Of a DNA stretch of 64,000 nt, positions 12,238 through 27,200 are shown piece by piece (the stretch's first letter is position 1; each line of letters begins with the position of its first letter). The notes under the pieces were generated by a model. The model searched no databases and had not been told where the DNA came from. It saw only the letters and a program-made list of their open reading frames with translations. The stretch lies in the NCBI GenBank assembly GCA_048013815.1, contig CM106585.1, positions 2,170,001 through 2,234,000 of the forward strand, in the 5' to 3' direction. The stretch is from Setoptus koraiensis (taxonomy: Eukaryota; Animalia; Arthropoda). The position numbers and the translations under genes were made by a program.

Positions 12238-15200
12238 GTGCGCTGTGTTGTATCAATTTACTGATTGATTCAATTAACCACTGACCACTCTAACGCGACG
12301 TCCGCTTTGCTTCGGCGACGACAAGCATCTGTTGTCGCACAACTCGTTTGGGACAACATCTCTTCTTTTTTGCATTCTCTGTTCGTGCACTTGCCGCAAA
12401 TCAACAGTCGCAAACACTGTCTCTGCTGGTGGTCTGTAGATAGATATACATATAGACACATAGAGTGATCATTGGTCGGCCGCGGCAGTTTTGATGCAGT
12501 TGGTCATGTTATAACGAGCGTTTTTTCTTGGTTGTGCCCGCTGTGGTTGTCACTGTTGGCCGTCCAATGGTGACCAACCAAAGTTGCTGTGAAATATGAT
12601 TCATCTTTGCTTGTCCACAATAAATTCGTTTTCTTGTTGCTCACTGGTGTAAAATATACGGCACGGCACGTGTGAAATATTGACAAGCAAGTGACACGCT
12701 TTTGTTGGGCACACTGGTCAAGATTACGCAATACACAGCGAGAGCACCTTTGCTGCGTCGTTGCGTGCGACCGTCGTTGTGTGTAGCTAGACTTACAAAT
12801 GATACTCGCACAACCATGGATAAGACAACGAATAACAACACACACACACACACGAGTGCACGTGCAAACCGGAAACGAGCTGACCATGGCCGAGGCACGC
12901 GACTCTAGCACCACCAGTTAATAGTTTATAAGTTTGTGCGTGTGTGTGTGTGTTTACACTGCTTGTGGTTAACGTATTAGCAGCCGTATTGATAATAGTG
13001 TGCAATATTATTGCGTCATCATTTAATCAATACACAAAAGAACAATAACAATTGTTGTTGTTGTTGTTGTTGTTTGTTGGTTTTGTTGGTGTGCCCGGTA
13101 TTTGTGGATATTGTGTTTGTTGTATAAATGACAACGCATACATAAAAAGTAAGCCGCACACAAAAAAGCACGACAACAGCAACAGCAACAACTACAACTA
13201 CAACAATCCAATTCAATCCGATCCGATCCAATCTATCACTTGATGTTTGTAATCTATTTAAAGTAATATTTTGCGCGCCCAACAATGATGCCGCGACACA
13301 TCGGTGGTGGCGCTAGCATCACGTGACACGCATTTAGTATTAGATGTGTAAATGAAAGAAGAAAAAGAAGTGAACTGTTTTTTAATCTCGACTATTGCAC
13401 AATAACAAATGATAACGTGTGTTTTGTCGTTCGACAAAAGCACCAATGTCCAGAGAACACGAAGGGAACAAAGCGAGAGCGAGCAAAAATAAATTAGTTC
13501 TTCGAAAAGTAAAAAGAGCGACCATCATTAACGGCAACTCTCGTCATCAGTGCAATCAATTGAATGATGTTGCTCATTCGCATTCTCATTGTCTGTCTGT
13601 CATTATTCAATTGCAAATCCAATCCATACACACACACACACACACTAAATGTGCAATAGTCACGACAGTTATATAACGTAATATGACATAAGTTTTCTTT
13701 CTTTTTGTCTTTTTGTCTTTTTGCCTTTTTGCCTCATAAGAGAGGCAGCTTTTGTGCACTCACTGGCACAATGATGAGCACACTGCATCAAATCAAAAGT
13801 CATCATCACGATGCAATGCAATCTGCTGATATCTTGAATATATTGAATTATTATTATTATCATTACTATTAGTATGAGTATTAAACTTGAATTTGCGTGC
13901 GATAGCATTAACAACGATATAGCGTATATCTAAAAAAAAGAGAAAAAAATAGCCTAAGTGGCACGAGCGGGCAACCATTTTGGAGCTTCTTTCGCTTACG
14001 TAACTGCCATTGTGTGCGATATGTGCGATTACATCGTGTCGCATCTCGTGATGATGAGACGCGACTCGAGATGAGAATTAGATTGATGCAAGCTGATCAT
14101 TTTTCATTCTTATTTGTTTGTTTGTTTGTCTCTATGTCCCTCTGTCTATTTGCAATCATTTTCTTCGGCAACAACAACAACACAACCTCTCTGCACGCAT
14201 CTAATACCAGTCACACTGATAGCGATGTGATCAGGAGTGTGCAATCATCACACCAACAACCAACTGACACAACAAAGGTGCTGTTATGTTGGACCGGAAG
14301 TTGTGCTAGAGGGCGCCAGAGTCGCGCAAACAAGATGCGCGCAATCATTATTGTTCGAGTGTCGTGTTGTCGTTGTCGTTGACTTCCGCTTGTTTGTTTG
14401 TCGACTGCTTGAGGTGCTCATACACACGCTCGTGTATGCTTATATTAAACGTTGCTTATGGGACGAGCATGTATTATTATTATTATTATTATTATTACTA
14501 TTAGGCGATTGCAGCGCCAATTGGATAACGTGCCACGATGATGCGATGCAAGGCTAATCATCATCATAATGATCGTCATAACTGGCCCCATTGACACACG
14601 AGCTAACATCAGCTGACTGTAAGACAACAACGGCAACAACTATGTCAAATCTTGATCATTCTTTTCTTAATTTATAATGAAATCGAGAGTGAGACAGCCA
14701 GTATTGTATCGATGTCGTGAAGCGTGACTCAAGTCAATTCTTTTGTGCCTTTCATTACTCTGCTCGCCGCTCGCCCGCCGAAACAAACTCATTCGCCGGT
14801 GCCAATGGCATCGCATCAAATCAAGACGCCGCTGCTACTGAACTGACTCGTCCACGTTACGTGATCAGCGCCAATAATAGCCCCCAATCCAGTGTCCCCC
14901 TTTATGCCCCCTCTTACGTCCAGAGGTCATCTCATGGTTGCGTCATCTGGTTGAACAGAATTGTTCACTGTTGTTGTTGTTGTTGCTGTCGTTGTCGCTG
15001 TTGATGCTGCTGCTGTTGCTGATGCTGATGCTGTTGTGAGCTAGAGCCAAAGCGAGGCGAAAGTCAATTTCGCACTAGGCTAACAGTTGGAATCACCAAC
15101 GAACCTAATGATACGTGAAGTATCACGTGTTGTCTTGTGCAATGCTGGTGCCCGTTGGTGTTAGTGTGTGGGGCCGGCGCAAATCGATCATCAAATTAAC

Positions 15201-15240
15201 AATTTCTGTTGCTCTGTTTCAACTCTTGATTTGATTCCAT

Positions 15241-16756
15241 AAAAAAAACACACACAAAAAAAAACAAAACACAAAAACAAAAAACACAAAACAAACAACA
15301 AAAACAAAAAAAACACACAACAAAAAAAGACAACACAAAAAAAAAACAAAAAAAAACAAAAAAAAAAAAAACAAAAAAAAAAAACCAAACAAGAAAAAAC
15401 AACAAAAAAAAAAAAAAAAAAAAACAAAACAAAAAAAAACACAAAACAAAAAAAAAAACAAAAAAAAAAAAACAAAAAAAAACAAAAAAAAACAAAAAAA
15501 AACAAAAAAAAACAAAAAAAAACAAAAAAAACAAAACAACACAAAACAAAAAAAAAAACAAAAAACAAAAAACACAACAAAACAAAAAACAAAAAAAAAA
15601 AAAACAAAAAAAAACAAAACACACAAAAAAAAACAACAAAAAAAAAAACAAAACAAAAAAAAAAACCAAAAAAAACAAAAAAAAAAACAAAAAAAACACA
15701 AAAAAAAACACAAAACAAAACAAAACAAACAAAACACAAAAAAAAACAACAAAACAAAACAAAACACAAAAACAAAACACAAAACAAAAAAACACACACA
15801 AACAACAAAACACAAAACAAAACAGAAACAAACAACAAAACAAAACAAAAAAAAACACACAAAACAAAACACAAAAAAAAACAAAACAAAACAAAAAAAC
15901 ACAAACAAACAAAAAAAAAAAAAAAACCAACACAAAAAAAAACCACAAAACAAAAAAAAACAAAAAAAAACAACAAAAAAAACAAAACCAACAAACAAAA
16001 AAACCACAAAAAAAAAAAAAACAAAAAAAAACAAAAATAAACACAAAACAAAACAAAACAACAATAAAAAAAAAAAAAAAAAACAAACAAAAAAAAAACA
16101 AAACACACACACACACAAACCACCCAACACAAAACAAAAAAAACACACAAACCAAAAACAAAACAAAAAAAAACAAAAAAAACACAAAACAAAAAAAATA
16201 ATTAAAAAAAACAAAACAAAAAAACAAAACACAAAAAAAACACAAAACAAAACAAAACAAAAAAAAACACACAAAAAAAACACAACACACACACAAAACA
16301 AAACAAAAAAAACAAACAAAAAAAAAAAACACAAAAAAACACACACACACAAAAAAAAAACAAACAAAACAAAAAAAAACACAAAAAAACAAAAAAAAAC
16401 ACAAAAAAAAACAAAACAAACAACAAAAAAAACAAAACACAAACAAAACACAAAACAAAACAACAAAACAAAAAAAACAACAAAAAAAAACACACAAAAC
16501 AAAAAAAAAAAAAAAAAAACAACAAAACAAAAAAAAAAAAAACACAAAAAAAAACAAAACAAACACAAAAAAAAAAAAACACACACACAAAAAACAAAAA
16601 AAAAAAACAAAAAACAACAACAACAAAAAAAAACAAAACAAAAAAAAACAAAAACACAAAACAAAACACAAAAAAACAAACAAAAAAAAACAAAACAAAA
16701 AAAAACACAAAACACAAACAAAAAACAAAAAACACAAAAAAAAACACAAAACAACA

Positions 16757-16795
<39 letters not shown>

Positions 16796-17807
16796 AAAAA
16801 AAACCACCAAAACAAAACCAACAAACACAAAAAAAAAAGGAAAAACAAAAAAAAACAAAAAACAAAAAAAAACAAACAAAAAAAAAAAAAAAAAAACAAA
16901 CAAAAAAAAACAAAACAAAACACAAAAAAAAAAAAAAACACACAAAAAAAAACAAAAAAAAAAACAAAAAAAACAAACACCAAACAAAACACAACAACAA
17001 AAAAACGACCAAAAAAAAAAAAACACAAACACAAAAAAAAAAAAAAAAACAAAAGAAAAACAAAACAAAACACAACAAAAAACACACACACAAAAAAAAA
17101 CAAACAAAAAAAACCAAAAAAAACAAAAAAAAAGCAAAAAAACAAAAAAACCAAAAAACAAAAAAAAAAAGCCAAAAAAAAACAAAACAAAACAAAAAAA
17201 AACAAAAAAAACAAAAAACACAAAAAAAAACAAAACAACACAAAACAAAAAAAAACAAAACAAAAACAACAAAAAAAAAAACACAAAACAAAAAAAAACA
17301 AAACACACACAAAACAAAAAAACAAAAAAAAACACAAAACAACAAAACACAAAACACAACAAAAAAAAACACAAAACAACACAAAACAAAAAAACAAAAA
17401 AAAACACACAAAAAAAAACAAAAAAAACAAAAACAACAAAAAAAAACACAAAACAACACAAAACAAAACAAAAAACACACACACACAAAACAAAAACACA
17501 CAAACAAAACAACCAAAAAAAAACAAAAAAACACAAAAAAAAACACACAAAAACAAAACCCCCAAAAAAAACAAAACAACAAAAAACAAAACAAAACAAA
17601 AACAAAACAACAAAAAAAAACAAAACACAAAAACAAACAAACACACAAAACAAAAAAAAAAAAAAAAAAACAAAAAAAAACAACACACAAAAAAAAAAAA
17701 AAAAAAACAAAACAAAACAAAAAAAAATAAAACAAAACAAAAAAAACAAAAAAAAACACAAAACAAAACAAAAAAAAACAAAACAAAAAAACAAAACACA
17801 AAACAAA

Positions 17808-17839
<32 letters not shown>

Positions 17840-17924
17840 AAAACACAAAAAAAAACAAAAAAACAAAACAAAACACAAAAAACAACAAAAAAAAACAAAA
17901 AACAAAACAAAAAAAACAAAAAAA
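15241..17924. other. Aperiodic A/C-only low-complexity tract, probable sequencing/assembly artefact
   Basis: 2684 bp almost devoid of G and T, with no stable unit, starting abruptly and abutting a scaffold gap. Confidence 0.75.
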
Positions 17925-18424
17925 NNNNNNNNNNNNNNNNNNNNNNNNNNNNNNNNNNNNNNNNNNNNNNNNNNNNNNNNNNNNNNNNNNNNNNNNNNNN
18001 NNNNNNNNNNNNNNNNNNNNNNNNNNNNNNNNNNNNNNNNNNNNNNNNNNNNNNNNNNNNNNNNNNNNNNNNNNNNNNNNNNNNNNNNNNNNNNNNNNNN
18101 NNNNNNNNNNNNNNNNNNNNNNNNNNNNNNNNNNNNNNNNNNNNNNNNNNNNNNNNNNNNNNNNNNNNNNNNNNNNNNNNNNNNNNNNNNNNNNNNNNNN
18201 NNNNNNNNNNNNNNNNNNNNNNNNNNNNNNNNNNNNNNNNNNNNNNNNNNNNNNNNNNNNNNNNNNNNNNNNNNNNNNNNNNNNNNNNNNNNNNNNNNNN
18301 NNNNNNNNNNNNNNNNNNNNNNNNNNNNNNNNNNNNNNNNNNNNNNNNNNNNNNNNNNNNNNNNNNNNNNNNNNNNNNNNNNNNNNNNNNNNNNNNNNNN
18401 NNNNNNNNNNNNNNNNNNNNNNNN
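17925..18424. other. Assembly gap (500 N)
   Basis: Run of N; the round length suggests scaffolding padding. Confidence 0.99.
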
Positions 18425-20074
18425 AATGTGCAACGTTTTTTTTTCTTCGACTGCCGTCTTTTTATACATACACACAGTATTATACATAGTACATGCTGTA
18501 TAATACTGTGTATAATAGTTTGGAGGAGAGTGCTCTGGAGTGATCAATCAATTCAATATTTGATTATTCAATATTTGATTTATTTGTTCGCTCTACACCT
18601 ATTAACATGTATGCGCATTGAATACAGTGCGTTTGGCAGACATATCCATCGATTGATTGATATACATAAGTAAGTGATTATTGTTATAAATATTTGGCGC
18701 TGCTTTGCCAAATATTGCCGGCCCGAGGCTCACTTTTGGGCTGCTCATTTTATCTGTTTCAGTTGTTGAGATTACGCGAACAGTAGCTGCTAATCTATAT
18801 AACATGTAGTTGGCTAGCTTTTGTATTAAATCGATAGATCCAATTGGATGCATCGATTTAATTGTGCACTGTTCACATGATGGCAATCACACACAACAGA
18901 TGCCAACAACAACAACAACAACAATCTGTTCTGTTCGAACTTCGAAGCTCTTCGATTGGGCTGACTCGTGTGACTTACTGGTAATGTTAGCCTGTGCTAG
19001 TTCGTTAGAGTTGGCCTGTTAATTGTTAATGGCATTGTTGTGCCAAATGCATTGCTACAGATTAAATGATTTACAATTTGTTAGACAATTCAAACAGTCG
19101 CGCCAGACATGATAAAGTAACAGATGATAGACAGAGCAAAAGGCAAGCAAACCAACTGGCAACATGATGAGAGATGTTGAAAGATAGACAAATGAAAAAT
19201 GAAAAATGGATAGTCTACTGACCAACTGACTCGCTGCCAACAGCCAATACAGCTAATGGTTGTAATCGATTTGTTGTGATCACCAGAGAACAATGGACAC
19301 AAACATTGGCACTTGTTACCTGTTGTTGTTGCTGTTGTTGCCGCTGTTGTTGTTGCCGCTGTTGTTGTTGCTGTTGCCGCTGTTGTTGCTGTTGTTGCAA
19401 CAGGCACGAGTACGTCACTGACAGCAACGGTAAGCACAACAAGCGCTGTCTCTCATTTGTTCTTTTCTCTGTCTAAACTATCAAATGTCTGGCATTGTTC
19501 GAAACTGTTGTTGCACTTTATGCCTCACAACACACACACACACACACACACACTCACAGATCATAACCAAAGTCAGCGGGTGACCGCACGCTCTCGATGG
19601 ACACACGGGCTCACAAACGAGAAGCGCCACATTAAACATCAACGTGTTCCCTGCTACTTGTTGTTGTTGCTGTTGTTGTTGTCGCTGTTGTTGTCGCTGT
19701 TGTTGTCGCTGTCGTTGTTGTTGTTGTGGCGCGATAACATTAACATATGTGTGTATCATTATCATTATGAGGATATGTTAAATGCGCTGACCATTTGATT
19801 GCACAATTGCACTTGTTGTGCTCTCTCTCTCTCTCAATGCACTCCACTCACCGCAGTCCAGTGAGAGTATAACGGCACAGCACGGCACAGCGGTTGTGAT
19901 TGGCTCAGTTGGTTCAACTGTGCGCAACAGTTGCACTCACAGTGATTTATCTGTCGCCTAATCTCTCATCCTGGTCAATATCTGCCTCAATGTCTTGTGG
20001 CTGATGCGCATGCGCGACCCCTCGCTGATCCGGTTCGCGCGGGTCAACAACAGCACTCTCACAATCTCACACCG

Positions 20075-20141
20075 ACGACCGACAACCAACGACCGACAAC
20101 CAACGACCGACAACCAACGACCGACAACCAACGACCGACAA
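20075..20141. repeat. 14-bp tandem repeat x4.8 (ACGACCGACAACCA)
   Basis: Perfect adjacent copies. Confidence 0.95.
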
Positions 20142-22910
20142 GCGCCGAGAGCAACCAACTGACCGACACCGTCGGCCGTGCTCTATTGCGCTGTGCTGTG
20201 CCGTGCACTATTAGTCGCCGGCCGAATCGGCGATTTTCAGTGTCCAGTGTCCAATGTTCACAAGTTGGGACTCAATCGCGAGTTGCTCATTATTGTTGTT
20301 GGTTGGCCGCTTGGTGATAGGTAAATGTTTGATTAGACGACGTCGAGTCAATTGCTTGTTGTGCCATTTTCTTGGAGTGTCCAGTAATTGTTATCTAGCG
20401 ATCAGTGATCAACTGTAAATCTCTGACAATTGTGAATATGAACACACAAAACTGACTTGTTATGTTACATCATGCGGCATTATTGATGTATGAGCAACAA
20501 TTTGGTTGAGCCAATAGAATCTATTGAACAGATATCATGTGTTTGTAGTTGATGTTGAGCCAAGCTTGTGTGATGCAACACACAAAATGTGAAATAGCCA
20601 CAATACAGCTGATTGGAGGCGATTGGTCATGGTGACCACCAGGCGCGCGATACATTAGATGTGAGACGATTCGATGATATTGATGATTTGTTTGTCGAAT
20701 TTGAGAACACGACCCAATGATGATGCAACAGCAATAAGTCGGCCGATCTGTTACAAGTTTTTTAACAGTGCTGAGTGTGAGTTGTGTGAGAGCAGCTGAA
20801 TCAATATTAAATCTAGTTTAAGGACAGGTGAGATTGAATTGAATTGATTCGAATTGATTCGAATCGAGTCACAGCGAACTGGATCCAATTGGCTCCCATT
20901 GGAACAGATCAAACAAATTGCACCAGCAATGATGTTTGTTTCTCTCTCTCTCTCTCGCTCTTGTTAGTTTTTGTTGTTCTTTGAGTCGCGATAGAGTAAC
21001 TCAATTTGAGTTGCTTGTACCTAACACAAACACAGGGCGACAGCAACAACAAATTGCAATAATAACAACAAATAATAACAACAACAAACAACAACAACAA
21101 CAACAAACAACAACAACAACAAATAATAACAACGAATCGATGGAAGGGCCAAACAAACAGGAGATTATTATATAATTAATACAGCTCCAACTGATTGCAA
21201 TCGATTCAATTGCATCTTGATATCCGATGATATCGCCTGTGCCTGTCGTATGTGTCGGCATCCACTGACCAACAAGCAAGTCGAATTAGTGTTGGCGTGC
21301 GTAACTAACTTTGTGCTTGTTTTATCTGACTTGTGACTCACAAGTTGTGACTCACAAGTTGTGAGTGTTGGCAGTGTTAGAGTGGCCCGAAGTGTGTGAG
21401 CGAGCCAACAAAAAGAGATAAACAAACACAATTAGATTGGGCATAATTGATTGAACAAAAAATTCAGTCTGTATGCAGCAGCATGTAACAGTATATAGGT
21501 CAGTCAGGTTGTTTGCTGGCTCAAGCTGCCAACAACGGCTCGTCTAACAATGTTTCAAATGGCAAATCTAATCATTGGCTGGCTTTAAATCACTTGCCAT
21601 CAATGAGCGTTAGTACCATCAACAAACAAAGTGATTGGTCTTGCTCATTCGATTGGTGCTTTCCTTTCGCACAAGCACCAATCTCACATTTGCGCTCCAC
21701 TCACACAACAACATAATATTTAAGTAGAACACAGTGCCTATAAAACGCATTGCGACAAAGCCTATAGGTCACGTCACACACACACACACTCACGCACACA
21801 CACACACGCACGCATACAGAGACGCGCGACCTATAATAAAAGAACGCGCGCACTTATTTATTGTAACTGTTTGGCACGCGCGCAACATTGCTCGCGCCAA
21901 TTGCATTGTGTCAAGTGACATTGTAAATATAGGCATTGATACCATTGAATGTTATTGAATGTCATTGAATGTCATTGAATAAATTATTGGATAAATGTTA
22001 CATAATGTCAATGTCACAATAGTTTGCATGCTGTCAGCTGGCAGATGTGACAGCAGCAGTTGCGACTGTTGAGCCAAATTAACAGTTGACAATTAACAGT
22101 GTACACAAAGTAGCAGCAGCAGCTGACAAAGTGTGATTGCCTTAAACTTGTAAACTTGTTAACAGCCCGCTAATAACGCATGCCAATAACAGGTTGGCGT
22201 GTGCGTGTGTGTGTTGCAACAATCATCATTTCATGCCCATCAACTCGTTTGAGTTTGAGAGCCAGTAACGAGCTTGTTGTTGCTGGCATCGCTTGTGTGT
22301 GTGTGTGTGTGTGTGCGTTTGTGGAAATCAATTGGACACGAATATCACCCCAATATCAGCTGACGCTGACAGTGAAATGATAGTTGCAGTAGACGAGCCT
22401 CAACAAACAAATGATGATGATGACCTTTTCTCGATCGCTGCTCACCTGTGCACTACTCTGTTTGCACTGCTCACACAGTCTGTAAATACAGTCTGTAAAT
22501 ACAGATTGTGAGTAGAGTTGTTTTGCTAGATTGATGATGAAACTCTCTCACTGGTTGCTCGGCTCACTGGCTGCTCGGCTCACTGGCTGGCTGGCTGGCT
22601 GACTGGCTGGCACTGGCAAGGGTAACAGTATCGGCTGAATATCGGCTCAGGTAACTATGGCAACTTACTCTCACAGCGCGCTCATTAGGCATGTATGGCG
22701 AGGAAGAAGAAGAAGAAGCCACAACTAGTTTAAATGGCAATCAATTTTAAACGATGATCGCACACACACTAACACAGGCCAATGCAACGACAACCGGCGA
22801 AACAAGTGAGCCAAAAATGATATTCTTCTCGCTCACTTTACTTGGCAGGTGATTAATAATCGATGATGATAATCATGCCCTCTGCTGGCTGCACTCTCGC
22901 TGTAATCACT

Positions 22911-23080
22911 GCAACAGCGGCAACAACAGCCACAACAACAACAACAGCAGCAACAACAACAGCCACAACAGCCACAACAACAGCAACAACAACAGCCACA
23001 ACAGCCACAACAACAGCAACAACAGCGGCAACAACAGCCACAACAACAGCAACAACAGCGGCAACAACAGCTACTCAGGT
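22911..23080. repeat. Compound (ACA/GCA/GCC)n trinucleotide repeat
   Basis: Direct inspection; source of the poly-T/A, poly-C and poly-V ORFs. Confidence 0.9.
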
Positions 23081-24198
23081 GTGTGTAAATTTTAAAACAG
23101 AACAAAAGTTTTCTCTTTCTCTGCTGCTCGCTTTGTTTGTGTGCTTGTGTGTGTGTGTGTGTGTGTGCGCCTCTAATTCTAATTTCTGGCTCTCAATTCT
23201 CAATTCTAATGCGCACTCAACGACGAGAATTGATCATGATCATCATGATGATTCCTTAACGATTGCACACCAAACGAACACGATTTTACAAGCATCGCCG
23301 AACCGAGCCAACCGAAATGAATTGAAATGAATTGAAATGAAATGAAACAAATCGAAACGAAACGAAACGAATTGAAACGAATTGAAACTGATTCGTCTGA
23401 TTGCTGGCTCGACTTGGAACGATGCTGCTGCTGCTGCTGCGGCGGCTATTAGTTGCGAGCAGCGAGATAGACACATCGCCCAGAGAAGTTGCACACTTTG
23501 CCGGCCAACCGATAGCCGCATATCTCATTATTCTTTTTAACTGCAACACACACACACATCGCCAACAGGGTCTGTGTCGGCCTTTCGAATCAGACATTTC
23601 AACATTCGAACGCTCGAGCGCTCGGATGTTCGGGCATTCGAATGTCCGAATGTGCGACTGTCCGAGCATTCGAATGCTCGAACAGTCGAACATTCGAAAT
23701 GGAGATGAAATAAATATATTATCTCGCTGTGCACAAGCGTCTGTTGCTCATTTGCGGCGGCGCTCCACTTTTACCTGTGGCCTAGGCCGCATAACACACT
23801 GCGATATTTATAACGCAACAATGCACACAACATTTGCATCATGTAAATCGCTCATTGCGCAACACGGCTGGCCAAGCGACTCGCTGTTCACCTGGCCAGC
23901 CTATAGCCGCTATTGGCGCGTTATTGGGCATTCGCTGGCAGTGACACAATGCTCGCTGCCGTAACCTATATATAAACTTTATATTGTAAAGGTCACACTG
24001 TGTTGCTGACTGTGTTGTGAGCCACGCCGAGGGCCGCTCAATAGTGAAGAAAGTGTCAGTGTTCGCTGTCAATAGTATCGTTACCTGAATATTCATAAGT
24101 CTGGCCAGTTAAAGAATTGACACTGACATTTGCTAGCTCACCCATTGTACACTGTATATTTGTGAACTACACGCCGCACTGCCAATTGTATATTATGC

Positions 24199-24254
24199 CG
24201 GGTATATTATATCGGGTATATTATATCGGGTATATTATATCGGATATATTATAT
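24199..24254. repeat. 14-bp tandem repeat x4 (CGGGTATATTATAT)
   Basis: Three perfect copies plus one copy with a single substitution. Confidence 0.95.
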
Positions 24255-27200
24255 ATCGCGTTGGGCCCACTCGCTCGCGGGCGAATACCCTCACAATGCA
24301 CAATCATATGGCATGTGGTCGCGGGTACCCAAGCGGGAGGGCGTGCCCGTTTGCGGTGTGTCGTGCGAAGAGGCGATTGTGGTCGCTGTTATTTATGTTT
24401 ATATTCGTGTTTATGTTCATGCTCAAGTTTATATTTATATTTATATTTATGTTTGTGCTTGTATCACACAAGTTGTACGTTAAAAGGTTGCTGATAGCGA
24501 GAGATTATATCTGAGAGATCTCACAACTGTCTTGTGCTTGGCCGGCGGTGATTGTATCAGTGCGCATGTGAGCTGTTGGAATTGGTCAGTTGGTACAATT
24601 AATTCACTTTCATTTGCCATCTTGTTCGGCGCCGAACGCACGTTTCCATTTCCATTTCGAATTCGAATGCGTTCGCATTCACATTCGAATGCGAGTTCGG
24701 GTGCGAGTTCGAGTGCGCATTCGAATTCAATTGAATTCTCTGCCTGTTGGCTGAGTTGCGAATATTGAGATTTGATTGTTGAGCTATATTCGCTGCCGCC
24801 ACTAATCAACTTGGCTAGTTATCGTATAAACAATCGTGTTCTGTTGCCAACTGCCAACTGCCAACAACAACTGCCAACAGCAACTGCCAACCACCGCCAA
24901 CCACTGCCAACCACTGCCGATGGCGCGAGAGACGCAGCAGAGTCAAAAGTCAAAAGTGGTCACAACGAACAAAAGGTGAAGCGAAATTAGTTGTGCTCGC
25001 CATCCAATTGTGCCATTTGCAACTGATATCGTTTGTTCAATTAAATGGCCGCCATTTATTTAACAAGCACCAGATATTGATATTAAGCGCTCATTGTTAT
25101 AGGTGCACGAGCGAGTGGCAATAAATACTTACTAAGCGAAACTTTCCACTTACCTGTGCTAACATTGATACCACCACCAGTGGTAGTGCCAGTGGTGCTA
25201 ACAACTGACAGACAGAGAGCACAACAAATCATGATGCTCCTGTCATCATTACAACAATCGCAATGCCAACAACTGACAGCTCTCACTAACAGCTGACCCC
25301 TGTCAGTGCTCGACTGACACAAACCAGCTGACCACTGGCCAGTTTAATTAATCGATTGCGTACACAAATTTTACAAGTACAATAATACAAGTTAGTGTTA
25401 GTATTTTGGGTATTCACGGCAACGATATTGCACCCGACGATGATCTGCTCAATTGCGCCGTCTTACACGTTCGCTATCGTTGCTAACGATTCGCTATCTT
25501 TGCTAACTATTCGTTAGCGAATATCATTGAACGTTGAGCCGAGTGTGACAACGCACCGTCCACAAGATACGATTGTGTTCTCGTGCGCAACGAGCTTGTT
25601 CTCTCGTGTTCTCTTGTCAAAACTCACTCAAAATCAACTCCAACCGAATCAGTGCACCGATTCGACGAGGCAAATATTGCCAATTCGAAAACGCATCATG
25701 ATGGATGAAAAGAGCCCGAGGCTTCAACGCCCACTCACGCCACTATTGCGGCAGCTCCCGTTTGTTGCAACGCTGCATCGGAGACACACAAACAAACAAG
25801 CGATACAAACAGGTGATTGTATCACTTGTTTGCATCGCTAGGCGCGTGCTTGCATCTCGTCAGTCAGGCAAAGTTAACAATTGCCCTGACAAAAGATATT
25901 TGTTGATTTTGCTTATTCGCATGCTTGGCCATTCCAGTTCAAACTGCCCAGTGGAGTGAGTGGAAAAGTTGCAAAAGTCACATTGTTAATAGTGCTTATC
26001 GCTCATTAGTTTCAATATATTTATATGAGCAATGAGCATTGAGAGGGCCAATGAAAAAATCAACTTTTCTCTGATTGGCAATTGTCCAATTAATCAGAGT
26101 CAATTGAGAAGCCGCTCGTCGAGAGCTTGTTCCATCATGAATGTCATACTATAGGTCAGCTGTCAGACAAGTTGCATGCACTTGAGTTGTTGCGTTCAAC
26201 TTGAGTTGCATCTCATTACCGACCAAATTCAATGTTACGCAACTGGCACTAACATTGAATTTCGCTTTGATTGGTCAGTGGCCAGTGGTCAGTTGTAGCA
26301 AGTCAGCACACTGTGTGTGTGTGTGTGTGTGTGTGTGTGATTGCCATCGAGTATGAGATCGTGATGAGCCGAAACGACGGTAACGAATTATGAAAAAAAA
26401 GAAGAAGAAGAAAAACAAATTTATTTCCGCTTCAAAGCAGCTCAAAAATGATTTGAACTTGTTAGATTTTCAATAATTGTGATTATGGAAGCGTCTGAAA
26501 AATGTTGAGTTGCTCATATCATGCTTGCTGTATGATATGCGCATGCACCTGTCATTATTGTCAATAATTGAAGTTTGTTTTCTTGTTAGTTTGTCGACCT
26601 TTATCCGCTGTTTCTCTATTTTAATCAATCGATTAATTCACTAACTGTGTCAGTTTCAACAGTTGGTTTCAATCATAAGTGCGACTGTCTCATATCCGGT
26701 TTTGGATCAATATTGTTCGCACACAATAGAGATAACATGATTAATTAGAATCTAGTTGTTTGCATTCAACAAATAACAATTCTTGGCTGAAAAGTGAAAT
26801 CTGGCAATATTACACCAGTGATGCTTGTTAGTGAAAAACATGCCATTTATTGTTAGAAATGGGCCTAGCCGCACCTCTAGAATGCCTATAGAATATCTAT
26901 ACAACTTGGCAATTGTAGCCATCGTTGGCAATGGTTGTGTATGGGCAAATGCAAAACAGCCAGTTGCTTATGGCGAACAATTGAATGGCAACGAAATAAG
27001 AAAAAAACTCAGACGATATCAGTCCGACCAGTAACAAGTGAATTGAGCACAATTACACTGAGGTGATGGGTCGTTGTTTTGGCAAGACACACCCCCAATT
27101 ATAATTGATGATTTGCAACAATGGCAAGTGTGAAATGAATTTATATCATCGTGGGGTGGAAATTCTCTCTGCACTTGCTTGTGCTGCTGACCATCACGGA

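Noticed and set aside
15191-18547. Four very long minus-strand F/C/V/L ORFs (333-907 aa)
   Set aside because: They are translations of the A/C-only tract and the N gap; stops cannot occur without G/T on the plus strand.
19320-23080. Complementarity between the GTT/GCC tract (19320-19400) and the AAC/GGC tract (22911-23080)
   Set aside because: Both are simple trinucleotide repeats that are abundant on both strands, and no exon lies between them to circularise.
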